Source: a virus
Lineage: Duplodnaviria; Caudoviricetes
Direction: 5' to 3' (one strand)
DNA: 64,000 bases
IMG/VR virus record: IMGVR_UViG_3300005532_000244
Location: 1,365-65,364 of that record
Shown here: piece after piece, positions 1 through 8,922 of the stretch
Position numbering within the stretch: position 1 is the first letter of the stretch
Layout of the letters: each line of letters starts with the position of its first letter
Notes under the pieces: generated by a model
What the model saw: only the letters and a program-made list of their open reading frames with translations
Told to the model about the DNA's origin: nothing
Databases searched by the model: none
Program-made: the position numbers and the translations under genes

Positions 1-413
1 AGCATCACTGGATCGCGTAGCTCGGCGGCAGCTTTCTCCACGTTCTCGATCACGTACGGCTTGCCCGTCGCGGCCAGCAGGTCGCGGACGGGCGGGATCA
101 GGTTTGGGTAACCGTCCCCGACGCCGTGCCCTTTGCGCCGGTAGTCCGTGAATGCCTGGCATGGCGGCGACGCATGGAACGCGTCGATGTCATCGAGGAC
201 GAACCACTCGTCGCCACCATCGAGCAACGTCTCAAGGAAGCCGAGAGCGTCCCGCTGGAGGCACTTGAACGGATAGTTCGGCTGCGGCTTGTGATCGACT
301 CCGATGACGGCGAACCCGCTGCGCTTGTAGCCCATCGCGGCCCCGCCAGCTCCGCAGAACACGTCCACGATCAGGGGCGTCTTGCCGTAAGTGAGGTACT
401 TGGCGCGACTCAC
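1..413 (-). CDS. C5-cytosine DNA methyltransferase (runs off left edge)
   Basis: Hand translation from GTG at 413: DVFCGAGG (motif I), HASPPCQ (motif IV), VIENV (motif VI); not in ORF track because it is truncated by the window. Confidence 0.88.
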   Translation of the reverse strand, partial: MSRAKYLTYGKTPLIVDVFCGAGGAAMGYKRSGFAVIGVDHKPQPNYPFKCLQRDALGFLETLLDGGDEWFVLDDIDAFHASPPCQAFTDYRRKGHGVGDGYPNLIPPVRDLLAATGKPYVIENVEKAAAELRDPVM

Positions 414-610
414 CAGTACCTCTGATCTCGCCGCTTACCGGAGCCGCCGCAGGCGTGGCACGGGTGCAAGATGTCGTCGCAGTCCCAGAGCGGATCGGCG
501 TTGTCGTCGCATGTCCCCTCGCCGCAGCAGATCGTGCATTCCAACTCGTGGCCGAAGTCGTCCGTGTAGACGTCGAAGTTCTCGCCTTCGGCCAGTTCAG
601 GGCGTGTCAC
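410..610 (-). CDS. Small Cys-rich (DnaJ zinc-finger-like) phage protein
   Basis: CxxCxGxG motifs (CTICCGEG, CHACGGSG); stop overlaps next start (GTGA). Confidence 0.7.
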   Translation of the reverse strand: MTRPELAEGENFDVYTDDFGHELECTICCGEGTCDDNADPLWDCDDILHPCHACGGSGKRRDQRYW

Positions 611-664
611 AAGCGCCTCCTTGTAACAGCGACGGGCGGAACTGGAACAGCAAGGAGTCGCCCG

Positions 665-1702
665 TCATGCCTCCCGCGCCTCCCGCTTCTCATGCCTGCT
701 CGCAGCCAGAAACGCGTCCAGCGCCCCCACCGCCGCCGACACCTCGGCGGGATACAAGTGACGGTAAGTGCGGTAGATCAGCGCGCCGCCGTCCGAGTGG
801 CCGACCCGGGCCGCGATCACCTCCGGCTTCATCCCCGACCGCGCCATCAGCGAGATCGCCGTGTGCCGCAGCCAGTGGAACTTGAAGCCCTCCAGGTCGC
901 TGTGCTTCAGCGCGCGATGCCAGACCTTACGGAACCCCGACTCCGAGTAGCGGCCACCCTGCGCGGTCGGGAAGACAAGCCTCGTCCCGCGCGGCCGCAC
1001 GAGCAGCTGCTCGCGCAGAAGCTTCACCTCGGACGCGGCGAGCGGCACCGGCTTGTCTCGCCGCGACTTGTTCAGCCGCGCCGGGATCTCCAACTGCGCA
1101 CGGTCGAGGTCGAGCATCGAGTCCTCGAGCGAGACAGCCTCCGTCCAGCGGAAGCCGACGGTGCCGCAGACGAGCACGATCCGCTTCGCCCGCTCCGGCA
1201 TCCAGGACGCGATCTCGTCGAGCTTGTCGGGCTCGAGCGCTCGGCCGCGGACGGGGAAGTGCTTGCCGAGCCGGATCTCGTAGATGCCGGGGTCGACGCG
1301 CTGGCCGCGCGACTCCGCCTCCCGGAGCGCCGCCTTCGCGAACTGCAGCTCGTTCCGTGCCGCGACGGGCGCTTTCCGGTGCCGCTTGCGGATGTGCGGC
1401 TCGGCGACCGAGCGGCGCAGCTGCGGGACAGGGATCTCGCGGAGCGGCTGCCAGGGCGCGTGGGACTGCTTGTGGAAGCGCACCGTCGCCGGCCGCACGT
1501 CCTTGCCTTGCGTCTTCGCGTCGAGGTGGGCATCGAGCTCGGCGCCGAAGAGCGTCGGCCGCTCCTGGTAGAGGTGGCCAAGTTTCTTCTTCAGCTTCAG
1601 GTCGAGCTCCGCGACCTCGGCGGCCTCCTTCGTCGGGAACGTCTGGTCGCGGAAGGGCGCGACCCTGACTTGCCAGCCGTTGCCTCGCTTGCGAATGCTC
1701 AC
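665..1702 (-). CDS. int: Tyrosine integrase
   Basis: GTG start after AAGGAGGA; catalytic R (GFRWTE), K (NKSR), HxxR (HWLRH), GH (VGHS), Y (RTYRH); N-terminal arm-binding-like IRKRGNGWQVR. Confidence 0.93.
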   Translation of the reverse strand: MSIRKRGNGWQVRVAPFRDQTFPTKEAAEVAELDLKLKKKLGHLYQERPTLFGAELDAHLDAKTQGKDVRPATVRFHKQSHAPWQPLREIPVPQLRRSVAEPHIRKRHRKAPVAARNELQFAKAALREAESRGQRVDPGIYEIRLGKHFPVRGRALEPDKLDEIASWMPERAKRIVLVCGTVGFRWTEAVSLEDSMLDLDRAQLEIPARLNKSRRDKPVPLAASEVKLLREQLLVRPRGTRLVFPTAQGGRYSESGFRKVWHRALKHSDLEGFKFHWLRHTAISLMARSGMKPEVIAARVGHSDGGALIYRTYRHLYPAEVSAAVGALDAFLAASRHEKREAREA

Positions 1703-1944
1703 GCTGTCCTCCTTGTGGTGGGACGGCGAGCATTCCGCTTCTCGTGCAGGCTGGCAACCCGGGCCGGTCCTTCGGTGTGCGCGTCGAGGTATTCCTGGAC
1801 GGCGGACTCGGGGTAGCGGCGGTCGTGGCCGAGCCGGACGCTGCGGATCTGGCCGCGCTGGGCGAGCCGCAGGATCGTTTCGGGGTGGCAGGCGAGCAGG
1901 TCCGCGACCTCTCTCGTCGTCAGGTGACGCTCGATCACGCGCAC
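1699..1944 (-). CDS. xis: Excisionase / MerR-like HTH DNA-binding protein
   Basis: LTTREVADLLACHPETILRLAQRGQIRSVRLG; stop overlaps integrase start. Confidence 0.85.
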   Translation of the reverse strand: MRVIERHLTTREVADLLACHPETILRLAQRGQIRSVRLGHDRRYPESAVQEYLDAHTEGPARVASLHEKRNARRPTTRRTA

Positions 1945-1986
1945 CGTTCCTGCCGGCGGATAGCGGCATCGCGAGTTTGCGTCGGC

Positions 1987-2628
1987 TCAGACGGCACGAA
2001 CGAACTCCTCCGGCAACACCGCACACACAGGCGCGAAGTCCACGCGGCCGATCTTGCGTGGCATCAACTCGTCGTAACGGTCGAGCAGACCGACAAGCAG
2101 ACCGAGATAGTCGGGCGCAACCCGCGCAGCCTCCGCAGCCTCCGCAGCCCACGCAGCCTCCGCAGCCCACGCAGCCTCCGCAGCCCACGCAGCCTCCGCA
2201 GCCCACGCAGCCTCCGCAGCCCACGCAGCCTCCGCAGCCCACGCAGCCCGCGCAGCTCTACCCGTCTCGGCCGCTTCGATGCAGGCGAGCACAGCGCCCT
2301 TGTCGTCGTACCCCGACTTCTCGGCCCACGCCGAGTACAGCGGGTACGACCGGCGAGCGAGATAGGCGAGCAGCTTCCGGGCGAGCGCGTCGTCTCCGCC
2401 AGCCGTGCCCATCATCCGGGGCGCGAGCGCGAGCAACTGCTGACGGCCCTCGTCGTCCAGCTTGTCGTTCACTGCGATCGCGAGCGCCCGGATCACCGGA
2501 TGCACGCACTCCGGCGCGTCCGTCCAACCGTGTCGGTCGATCCAGTCGATCACCTGCATGATGCAGCCGCCCTCGCTCGGACTGCTTCCGACTCCTGAGC
2601 GAAGCCACGGCACGGTGTTGATGGTCAC
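1987..2628 (-). CDS. Phage protein with AAWAAE tandem repeats
   Basis: RBS AAAGGA; GCIMQ...[12 protein letters not shown]-terminus and (AAWAAE)x6. Confidence 0.75.
   Translation of the reverse strand: MTINTVPWLRSGVGSSPSEGGCIMQVIDWIDRHGWTDAPECVHPVIRALAIAVNDKLDDEGRQQLLALAPRMMGTAGGDDALARKLLAYLARRSYPLYSAWAEKSGYDDKGAVLACIEAAETGRAARAAWAAEAAWAAEAAWAAEAAWAAEAAWAAEAAWAAEAAEAARVAPDYLGLLVGLLDRYDELMPRKIGRVDFAPVCAVLPEEFVRAV
2125..2256. repeat. In-frame 18-bp tandem repeat (CGCAGCCCACGCAGCCTC), built on a 9-bp sub-period
   Basis: Five perfect copies at 2143-2232 plus degenerate flanking copies. Confidence 0.95.
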
Positions 2629-2717
2629 GGCGTGTCCTTTCGGGTAGACGTAAGTGGGGAAGCGGCAGATGCGTCTTGGCTAGCCATTGAGCACCTGCTT
2701 CTTCCAGAACGCGAGCC

Positions 2718-2864
2718 TCACGGCCGCCGCTCCGACGACTCGGAGCCGACGACTGCGATCATCGCGGCGGCGACGAGCAGCGCGACCGCGATCACGACGC
2801 CGACGATGTTCGCCTCGGCGATCGCGAACGCGACCGCGGCGATCAGCAGCAGCCCGACGATCAC
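2718..2864 (-). CDS. Small two-helix membrane protein (48 aa)
   Basis: Hand translation VIVGLLLIAAVAFAIAEANIVGVVIAVALLVAAAMIAVVGSESSERRP; GTGA coupling. Confidence 0.6.
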   Translation of the reverse strand: MIVGLLLIAAVAFAIAEANIVGVVIAVALLVAAAMIAVVGSESSERRP

Positions 2865-3082
2865 CGGGGCTCCTCGTGCTCGGCGTCCTTCGCGAGCATG
2901 TCGAGCAGCCGGCGGATGTGCAGCTCGTCCATCTCGATTTCGTAGAGGCGTTTAGCGCGCATGGCGTCGTTCCAGTCGGTCGCGTAGCGGAGGCGTGCGA
3001 CCTTCGCTGAGGCTTGCGCGATCTCGGCGAGCGCCTCGTCGCGTTCCTCGCGGGTGAGCGCGTCGGTCCGCACGGTGGTCAC
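2861..3082 (-). CDS. Hypothetical phage protein
   Basis: Coupled ORF in early operon, helical composition. Confidence 0.65.
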   Translation of the reverse strand: MTTVRTDALTREERDEALAEIAQASAKVARLRYATDWNDAMRAKRLYEIEMDELHIRRLLDMLAKDAEHEEPR

Positions 3083-3309
3083 AAGACTTCGCTCCTCTGC
3101 CGCCAGAGCGTGACGACGGCCGCGGTCTTCGCGAGATGCTCGAGCTCGGCGCGCGCCACCGCGGCGGCCGCGCGTTCACGCCGGTTCGCACGGTGCAGCG
3201 TCTCGACCTTCTTGCGCAGCCTCGCGATCGACTTGTCCTGCACGACCACGACGGTGACGAGCACGACGAGCGCAAGACCGGCGAGAAGGGCGGGGACGGT
3301 GATCATCAC
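3079..3309 (-). CDS. Membrane-anchored coiled-coil protein
   Basis: Hydrophobic N-terminus (VPALLAGLALVVLVTVVVV); GTGA coupling to HNH gene. Confidence 0.6.
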   Translation of the reverse strand: MMITVPALLAGLALVVLVTVVVVQDKSIARLRKKVETLHRANRRERAAAAVARAELEHLAKTAAVVTLWRQRSEVL

Positions 3310-3761
3310 GCGACCTTCCTGTGCTGCTCGCCGTGGTGCGTCGGGCAGAGCCAACGCACCTCGAGCGGCTTTGAGTAGTCGTCATGGTGAGCCTGGGCAT
3401 TCGACGCGCCACAGACTTCGCACGGCTGGCGCTGCACGTGGCCTGCCTTGACGTGGTAGTGGAGCAACTTCTGCGCCCGGTTCTTGACCCGGTGTGTCTT
3501 CTTCCATGAACGCTTGCTCGCGCGCTCTCGTTCTCTCTGCGTCCCGGTGAAGACCGCACGCCGGGCCCGCTTCGCAGCCTTCCGGTCTTCAGAGCGTCCA
3601 CGCTCGCGGTCGTACGCCTGCACCTTCTCGAGGCGTCGCGCGCGCGACCGGATCGCAATCGCCTTCACCTTCTCCGCGTTCCGCGCGTAGTAGCCGCGCA
3701 TGTACTCGCGCCGCTTGCATTTCGCGCATGTCCCGCATTCGCACGTCGGCCGCGGCGCCAT
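3306..3761 (-). CDS. HNH endonuclease
   Basis: PCEVCG...AHHDDYSKPLEVRWLCPTHH; ATG at 3761. Confidence 0.85.
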   Translation of the reverse strand: MAPRPTCECGTCAKCKRREYMRGYYARNAEKVKAIAIRSRARRLEKVQAYDRERGRSEDRKAAKRARRAVFTGTQRERERASKRSWKKTHRVKNRAQKLLHYHVKAGHVQRQPCEVCGASNAQAHHDDYSKPLEVRWLCPTHHGEQHRKVA

Positions 3762-4789
3762 CAGAATGGGACTTCTCCGAAATCGTGCTCGTCGAGGAGC
3801 GGCTGGTCGCTGACCTTCTTCACGGTCAGCGTCTCGTAGCTGCAGGGGGCGACCGTGTAGCCGGCCCGGTTGACGGTGTTGCGCTTCAGCACGAGCGGGC
3901 CGACCTCGTATTCGCCGGGGTCGCGCAGGAAGTCCTCGGGCGCGTGGCCGAGCGTGTCGGTGAGCTCGGCCTTGATCTGCTTCTCGAGCAGCTCGACGCC
4001 TTTCAGGGTGCGCGTGTCGCGGAGCGTCGCGATCGCGCGGTCCATGCCCTCCTCGGCGAGCGCTTCCGCGACGAGGACGGTGTCGACCTTCGACCCGTTG
4101 AGGCTGTGCTTGATCAGCGAGACCTCGTACAGCTGGCGAGCGAGTCGGATCACGTCTTCGGTCTCGACGCGCGGAAGCTCGGGCTGCTCCCAGCCCTGGA
4201 AGCAGTGCTCGATGAACGGGCACAGGTGCGAGCGGCCGTCGGAGGGCTTGCCGCAGACGCGTTCGGGCGGCTCGTCGCTGAGGACGCCGTCGAGGAGCGC
4301 CTGCGCGCGCGCCTGAACCTCGCCGCGCAGCGCCTCGTCGAGGGTGACGGTGAGGATCCGCTCGTTCAGGTCGCGGTCGAGCACGACCAGGGCGCCGGTG
4401 TCGCCGGCGTCGTCGTCGAAGAAGATCTCGCCGGCGAGCTGGATCAAGTCGTGGTCGGTTGGCGCGCCGGCGAAGTGCGACTTGACCTCGACAGGCTGCG
4501 CGAGCGGGACGATGAACGCGTCGGTGTGGAGCTCGCCGAGCGGCAGGCCCTCGTTCGGCCACGGCACCGCCTTCTGTGTGCGGAGGTTCTTGCGTCCCCA
4601 CCGCTTGCGGAGCCGCTCGACGTACCACTTTTCGTCCATGCGGCCGCGCTCGAAGCGACGCTGTGTCTCTTCGTCGGGCTCTTCGGGGTCGACGCCCTGG
4701 AACGCGTAGAACGCTTGCCGGGGGCAGCGCGCCGCCATGCTCCACCGGGTAGCGCCCTTCAAGCGGTCGCGCGCCGACGTCGCGGTCAC
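3761..4789 (-). CDS. PD-(D/E)XK exonuclease, Cas4/AddB-like (recombination partner of RecT)
   Basis: N-terminal CPRQ, HTDA...VEVKS nuclease motif, C-terminal C..CPxxxxC cysteines; in the recT operon. Confidence 0.8.
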   Translation of the reverse strand: MTATSARDRLKGATRWSMAARCPRQAFYAFQGVDPEEPDEETQRRFERGRMDEKWYVERLRKRWGRKNLRTQKAVPWPNEGLPLGELHTDAFIVPLAQPVEVKSHFAGAPTDHDLIQLAGEIFFDDDAGDTGALVVLDRDLNERILTVTLDEALRGEVQARAQALLDGVLSDEPPERVCGKPSDGRSHLCPFIEHCFQGWEQPELPRVETEDVIRLARQLYEVSLIKHSLNGSKVDTVLVAEALAEEGMDRAIATLRDTRTLKGVELLEKQIKAELTDTLGHAPEDFLRDPGEYEVGPLVLKRNTVNRAGYTVAPCSYETLTVKKVSDQPLLDEHDFGEVPF

Positions 4790-5250
4790 GCCGCCGCCCT
4801 TCGCGCGCGGTGAGCGAGCACCCACTCGCGCTGGCAGATCCGGCAGCGGCGGACACGACCGTTCTCGAGGTACGTGTTCTCAGCCGTGTACTCGTGGCCT
4901 TTCGAGCAGTGCGTTCGCCGAGCGAACTGCGCAGCGATCCCCTCGCCTCGCCGCGTGTTCTCCTGCGGGGTCACGGCCTCGAGATGCGCGGGATTGACGC
5001 ACGAGCGGCGGCGGCAGAGGTGATCGAGGACGAGGCCCTCGGGGATCGGCCCGACGAAGAGCCGGTACGCGATGCGATGCCCCCGCTCCCATGTGCCTCG
5101 CGGTGGTACTGAAAGCTTGGAGTAGCCGCCGCTGTCGAGTGCGCCGAGCCACTCCCAGCAGCCGTTCTCCATCACGTAGACGTTGTCGATGAAGCGCTCC
5201 GTGATGGTGCCCTCCTCGACGACGCGCAGTATCGGAGTCGCGGCAGGCAT
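4786..5250 (-). CDS. HNH homing endonuclease
   Basis: CWEW...HRIAY...LDHLCRRRSCVNPAHLEAVTPQEN...THCSKGH. Confidence 0.9.
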   Translation of the reverse strand: MPAATPILRVVEEGTITERFIDNVYVMENGCWEWLGALDSGGYSKLSVPPRGTWERGHRIAYRLFVGPIPEGLVLDHLCRRRSCVNPAHLEAVTPQENTRRGEGIAAQFARRTHCSKGHEYTAENTYLENGRVRRCRICQREWVLAHRARRAAA

Positions 5251-6335
5251 CAGAACCGGATCGGGTCTCCGTTGGCGTCGACGAGGATCTCGCCGTCGTC
5301 TTCGCCGACGATCTCGCCGGCCTGGACGTCTTCGGGGGCGAGGTAGGAGCGGAGCGTCTCTTCGTACCGGTCGGCGTCTTCGGGGGTGAGCTCGGTCGCG
5401 TCGGCGACGCCGAAGACGCCGCGCAGCATCGCGCGCCACTGCCGTTCCTCGATCTCGTCTTGGAGTTGCGCGATCCGGTTCAGCTGCGCGTCGGAGGGGC
5501 CGGCGGCGTTGGGCTCGTCGCGGAGCTGTTGCCGGGCACCGATCGGGATCCCGCTCGTCGACGCGGCCGCGTGCGCGTTCGCGTCGCGCTCGTTCATCGG
5601 CTTGCCGTTGGCGGGCCCGAAGTCGTAGTCCTCGTCGAGGGCGCGGAGTACGCGATCGACGCGTTCGCTCACCTGTCGGCCGCGAGGCAGGGTCTTGAAG
5701 AGGCGACGCGCGACCGTCTTGCGCGCCATCTCGGGCCAGTCGTTCTTCCACGCCGGCCCGTCCTTCGTGCGGGACTTCGATCGGACGTGTTCGATCTGCG
5801 CGACGTCCATCACCTCGGGGTCAGCGACGAGGCGGCCGAACTCGTCGGTTGCGGTCGCGTACGCCCCGATCGGCTTGCCGCGTGGCGTGCCGAGCTTCGC
5901 CGGCTTGTGCTTCACCCACGCCTTCGCGCCGAGCTCGTAGTCGAACTCGTCGTTCTCGTAAATGACGTGCGCGTTGAGCGTGAAGCCGTCGTCGGCTGCG
6001 ACCTTGCGTAGCCCGCCGATCATCGGCATGTACTGCGCTTTCGGCTTCCCGTTCTCCTTGAAGATCGCGAGGGCGGCCTCGCGGCCGTCGGGCATGAGGC
6101 CGTCCTGTGCGCAACGGAGCACGGCGCTGAACAGCGATTCGCGGTCGGCGGTGATGAGCTCGGGGCTGCGGCGGATCGCGGTTGCGGTGACGCTGACGAA
6201 CCGTTGCGGAGTGATGTCCTCGGGGAGCGCGTTCTGGATGCGCGCGACGAAGTTGTCGCTCGCGACCTCGGCGAGCACCTCTTGCATTGGGGTGCGCTTC
6301 ACGACGGCGGTGCTGGTCTTGCGCGCGGTCGCCAT
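5250..6335 (-). CDS. recT: RecT-family single-strand annealing protein
   Basis: CAQDGLMPDGREA, AQYMPMIGG, VIYENDEFDY, WKNDWPEMARKTV. Confidence 0.92.
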   Translation of the reverse strand: MATARKTSTAVVKRTPMQEVLAEVASDNFVARIQNALPEDITPQRFVSVTATAIRRSPELITADRESLFSAVLRCAQDGLMPDGREAALAIFKENGKPKAQYMPMIGGLRKVAADDGFTLNAHVIYENDEFDYELGAKAWVKHKPAKLGTPRGKPIGAYATATDEFGRLVADPEVMDVAQIEHVRSKSRTKDGPAWKNDWPEMARKTVARRLFKTLPRGRQVSERVDRVLRALDEDYDFGPANGKPMNERDANAHAAASTSGIPIGARQQLRDEPNAAGPSDAQLNRIAQLQDEIEERQWRAMLRGVFGVADATELTPEDADRYEETLRSYLAPEDVQAGEIVGEDDGEILVDANGDPIRF

Positions 6336-6580
6336 CAGCCTCGAGCTCCCGCGATCTCGTCGAGCAGAAGCGTCTCGGTATCGACGTTCCGCTCCGCCTG
6401 CTGGATCGCCTCGTGCGCGGCGAGAACAGCCATCACAGTCATGTCGGTCTGCTGAACCTGCGTCAGCGCCCGACCCTCCTCGGCGCAGTTGTCGATGCCG
6501 GTGATCAGCGCGTCAGCGACGGCGCGCGCGACGGCGACGCGGATGGCGCTCTTTGCTGCGTCGCCCGTGACGCTTCCCAT
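6335..6580 (-). CDS. Hypothetical phage protein
   Basis: Coupled ORF directly upstream of recT. Confidence 0.55.
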   Translation of the reverse strand: MGSVTGDAAKSAIRVAVARAVADALITGIDNCAEEGRALTQVQQTDMTVMAVLAAHEAIQQAERNVDTETLLLDEIAGARG

Positions 6581-6591
6581 CGGCCTGACCC

Positions 6592-7092
6592 TCACGACGA
6601 CTGCTCCTCCGGCACCGCGGAGAGGAGCGGTTCGCAGATCCACTCCACGTCCTCGACGGTCTCCGTGACGGTGACGCGCGGCGCGTCCGGGTCGGGGACC
6701 TCGCGGACGATTTCGCGCGTGCCCTTGACGATCCGCGTGCAGACCTCGCCGCGGCGGCCGTAGATGTCGATCTCGATCAGGCGGCCGAAGCGGCGCTTGA
6801 TCCCGAAACAGTCGTCGTCGCCGTACTTCGTCACGCGGCCGAGTGACCGGGCGGCGTCGGCGAGCTCCTGCTTGGTGTCGACGGGGAAGAGGATCCGCTC
6901 CGGCGTCCAGTGCCCAGGGAACTCGGGATGCGCTTCGATCCAGTCCGCGAGCTCGCGAAGACCAGCGACGAAATCGACGCGGTCCTGCTCGCGCTGCTCG
7001 GCCCTGATCTGCGCGGGCGTCTTGCCGCACGCTTCGCAGATCTCGTCGTCGGCGAGGAAGAAGTGCGTGCAGGTGGGCGCGGTCGTGGTCAT
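6592..7092 (-). CDS. Hypothetical phage protein with N-terminal Zn-ribbon-like motif
   Basis: CTH..CEACG; FVAGLRELADWIE. Confidence 0.7.
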   Translation of the reverse strand: MTTTAPTCTHFFLADDEICEACGKTPAQIRAEQREQDRVDFVAGLRELADWIEAHPEFPGHWTPERILFPVDTKQELADAARSLGRVTKYGDDDCFGIKRRFGRLIEIDIYGRRGEVCTRIVKGTREIVREVPDPDAPRVTVTETVEDVEWICEPLLSAVPEEQSS

Positions 7093-7305
7093 CTACTTCA
7101 CGACCTTCACGCGCGGGTTCGTTACGATCTCGAGCTTGATCGGATCCCACGAACGCGCAGGCACAGCGACGTACTCGCCGGGGATCTCAACCGCGAGCGC
7201 CGCGGCCTTCGCCGCGCTCGCAGCCGACGACGCGCTGTACTCCTTCGACAGCGGCGTCCATGCGTCTTCGTCTTCGCCGCGGCGAAGAACGACGTAGCTG
7301 GTCAT
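7093..7305 (-). CDS. Hypothetical phage protein
   Basis: AAGGAG RBS then MTSYVVLRR... Confidence 0.6.
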   Translation of the reverse strand: MTSYVVLRRGEDEDAWTPLSKEYSASSAASAAKAAALAVEIPGEYVAVPARSWDPIKLEIVTNPRVKVVK

Positions 7306-7307
7306 GG

Positions 7308-7556
7308 TTAGAGTGCTCCTTGCCTGGCCGCACCGGCGCTCTCTGCCAAGAAGGAGCCGACGCGGCCTGGTTCGATTTCGTTTCGGAGACGCCCGACGGT
7401 GTGGACCACCGCCGCGGCGTGACGGTCGAGCTCGCGATCGTTCGCGAACCCGTGGAACGGGCAGCACGCAGCGCGCACCCGCCGGAACGACGCACCGTTC
7501 ATCGAGACGATGCGGTCGAGCGCGTCGGGCTCTCTGCGGTAGCGGGCGGCCGTCAT
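7308..7556 (-). CDS. Hypothetical phage protein
   Basis: ATGA coupling with upstream gene. Confidence 0.5.
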   Translation of the reverse strand: MTAARYRREPDALDRIVSMNGASFRRVRAACCPFHGFANDRELDRHAAAVVHTVGRLRNEIEPGRVGSFLAESAGAARQGAL

Positions 7557-7948
7557 GCGGCCACCCCGAGCGTGAGCTGCTCGCCCGCGTCGCCCGAGCC
7601 GTCGTCCCGGATGCCCAGGTGTGCGCTTCCTGCCCCTCTTCCGACGGGCTTGGTTGCGGGTTCCGGGTTAGGCGCCTCGGGCGGCGCCGGCGAGACGCTC
7701 GCGCGACCCGAGCCCAGAGGGGGAACCCGGGGAGACTCCGGCCGCGCGAGCAGCTGGTAGACGTAATCGCCGCCGTCGCGCCAACACTCGATCGCGAAGC
7801 TGCGGCTGCGGAGCTCTGACACGCGCGAGTTCAGTCGCATGAACCCGGCCCGCGCGTGGACCTCACGCATCGTGTGCGGCTGACCGTCCGACAAGACCTC
7901 GAGGACGCGCGCGCACTGGGAGCCCGGCTTCAAACCGGCCGCGCTCAC
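7553..7948 (-). CDS. Winged-HTH DNA-binding protein
   Basis: SQCARVLEVLSDG...MRLNSRVSELRSRSFAIE. Confidence 0.7.
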   Translation of the reverse strand: MSAAGLKPGSQCARVLEVLSDGQPHTMREVHARAGFMRLNSRVSELRSRSFAIECWRDGGDYVYQLLARPESPRVPPLGSGRASVSPAPPEAPNPEPATKPVGRGAGSAHLGIRDDGSGDAGEQLTLGVAA

Positions 7949-8000
7949 GAGGCCCCACCGACCTTTTCAGCGCACGCAGGTCGTGGGCAGACGAGGATGC

Positions 8001-8255
8001 TCACCGTGCTTCCTCGTCGTCGAGCAGTCTGCCGATCGGGAGCTTGAGGACGTCCGCGATCCGGTGCAAACGCTCCACCGAGATCTCGGAGATGCCGCGT
8101 TCGTAGCGGCTGACCGTGATCCACGACATGCCGAGCGCGTGCGCGAACGACTCGATCGAGTCGAACCCGGCCTCCCGCCGGAGCCGACGGATCCGAGCTC
8201 CGAGCTTCTTGCGGCGGCTGTCCGCCTTCGTTCTCTTGGCTGCAGGACTTGACAT
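8001..8255 (-). CDS. Cro-like XRE HTH regulator
   Basis: LGARIRRLRREAG...FAHALGMSWITVSRYERG; first gene of leftward early operon. Confidence 0.88.
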   Translation of the reverse strand: MSSPAAKRTKADSRRKKLGARIRRLRREAGFDSIESFAHALGMSWITVSRYERGISEISVERLHRIADVLKLPIGRLLDDEEAR

Positions 8256-8302
8256 ATCCCTACCGGACTAGAAAGCTACTAGTCATGAAACGATATGTCA
8301 AG
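8248..8302. promoter_or_regulatory. Divergent overlapping promoters/operator (lysis-lysogeny switch)
   Basis: CTTGACATATC-N7-GACTAG-N7-CTAGTC-N7-GATATGTCAAG; minus strand TTGACA-N17-TAGCTT, plus strand TTGACA-N17-AAAGCT. Confidence 0.8.
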
Positions 8303-8756
8303 AGCTAATAGATCAGAGGCTAACGCTCAACTAGCCGTACCGCGCAGACTCCTTCTTGAATACGTTGAGGAGGCGAACAAGCAGTTGGCGCGCCGGCGCG
8401 CGGTCGTGGGGGCACGGATCCGAGAGGCTCGGGAGGCGAAAGGCTGGTTCCAAAAGGAACTGGCCGCCCGCGTCCATGTCGAGCCGCAGACCGTCTCCAA
8501 CTGGGAGCGCGGCCAGAGCACCCCGGACTTCGACAAGCTCGAGCTGCTCGCCCAGGTGCTCGAGCGGCCACTCACGTTCTTCCTGCTCACGGGCGACGAG
8601 GACGGTGGCCAGGCCGGCCTCGACGTCCCGACCGCCGAGAAGCTCCTCGCCGAGATTCGAGCGCTACGACGTGACCTTCAGCCTCTCCTCGATGTTGTTC
8701 AAGAGCTTCGACAAGCTCGCGCTCCAGCGACGCAAGGAGAGCGTCGAGGCCAGTGA
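8295..8756 (+). CDS. cI-like XRE HTH repressor (no S24 peptidase domain evident)
   Basis: VGARIREAREAKGWFQKELAARVHVEPQTVSNWERG; divergent from Cro-like gene. Confidence 0.85.
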   Translation: MSRANRSEANAQLAVPRRLLLEYVEEANKQLARRRAVVGARIREAREAKGWFQKELAARVHVEPQTVSNWERGQSTPDFDKLELLAQVLERPLTFFLLTGDEDGGQAGLDVPTAEKLLAEIRALRRDLQPLLDVVQELRQARAPATQGERRGQ

Positions 8757-8922
8757 GCCACGCGGCGAGAGCGTCGAGGTCCAGGCCCGGCCTACTCGCG
8801 TTCAGCTTCTAAACCCCTCCTGGCCGCAGGATCGAGGTCGTCACGTGCCTGCCGGGCGCGGGTTGCGGGTCTGCGACCGCATCGTATTACGGCCGTTACC
8901 ACCTGTTCAATACCCGTTGCCG

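Noticed and set aside
455-1816. Long antisense or alternate-frame ORFs (e.g. 455-1816, 18404-20230, 27521-28357, 34335-36074)
   Set aside because: Shadow ORFs expected at high GC; they overlap motif-bearing genes and are mostly Arg/Pro/Ala-rich with no recognisable motifs
1703-2242. Cys-rich (GCVGCG)n N-terminal extension of the integrase in the ORF track
   Set aside because: It is an alternative-frame reading of the 18-bp repeat and overlaps xis; the likely start is GTG 1702 with a strong RBS
2125-2256. Possible CRISPR or guide array
   Set aside because: Head-to-tail repeats without spacers, in frame within a CDS; I found no spacer-containing array anywhere in the window
3761-4789. Cas4 as evidence of a CRISPR system
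   Set aside because: No cas1/cas2 or array; its place in the recT operon indicates a recombination exonuclease
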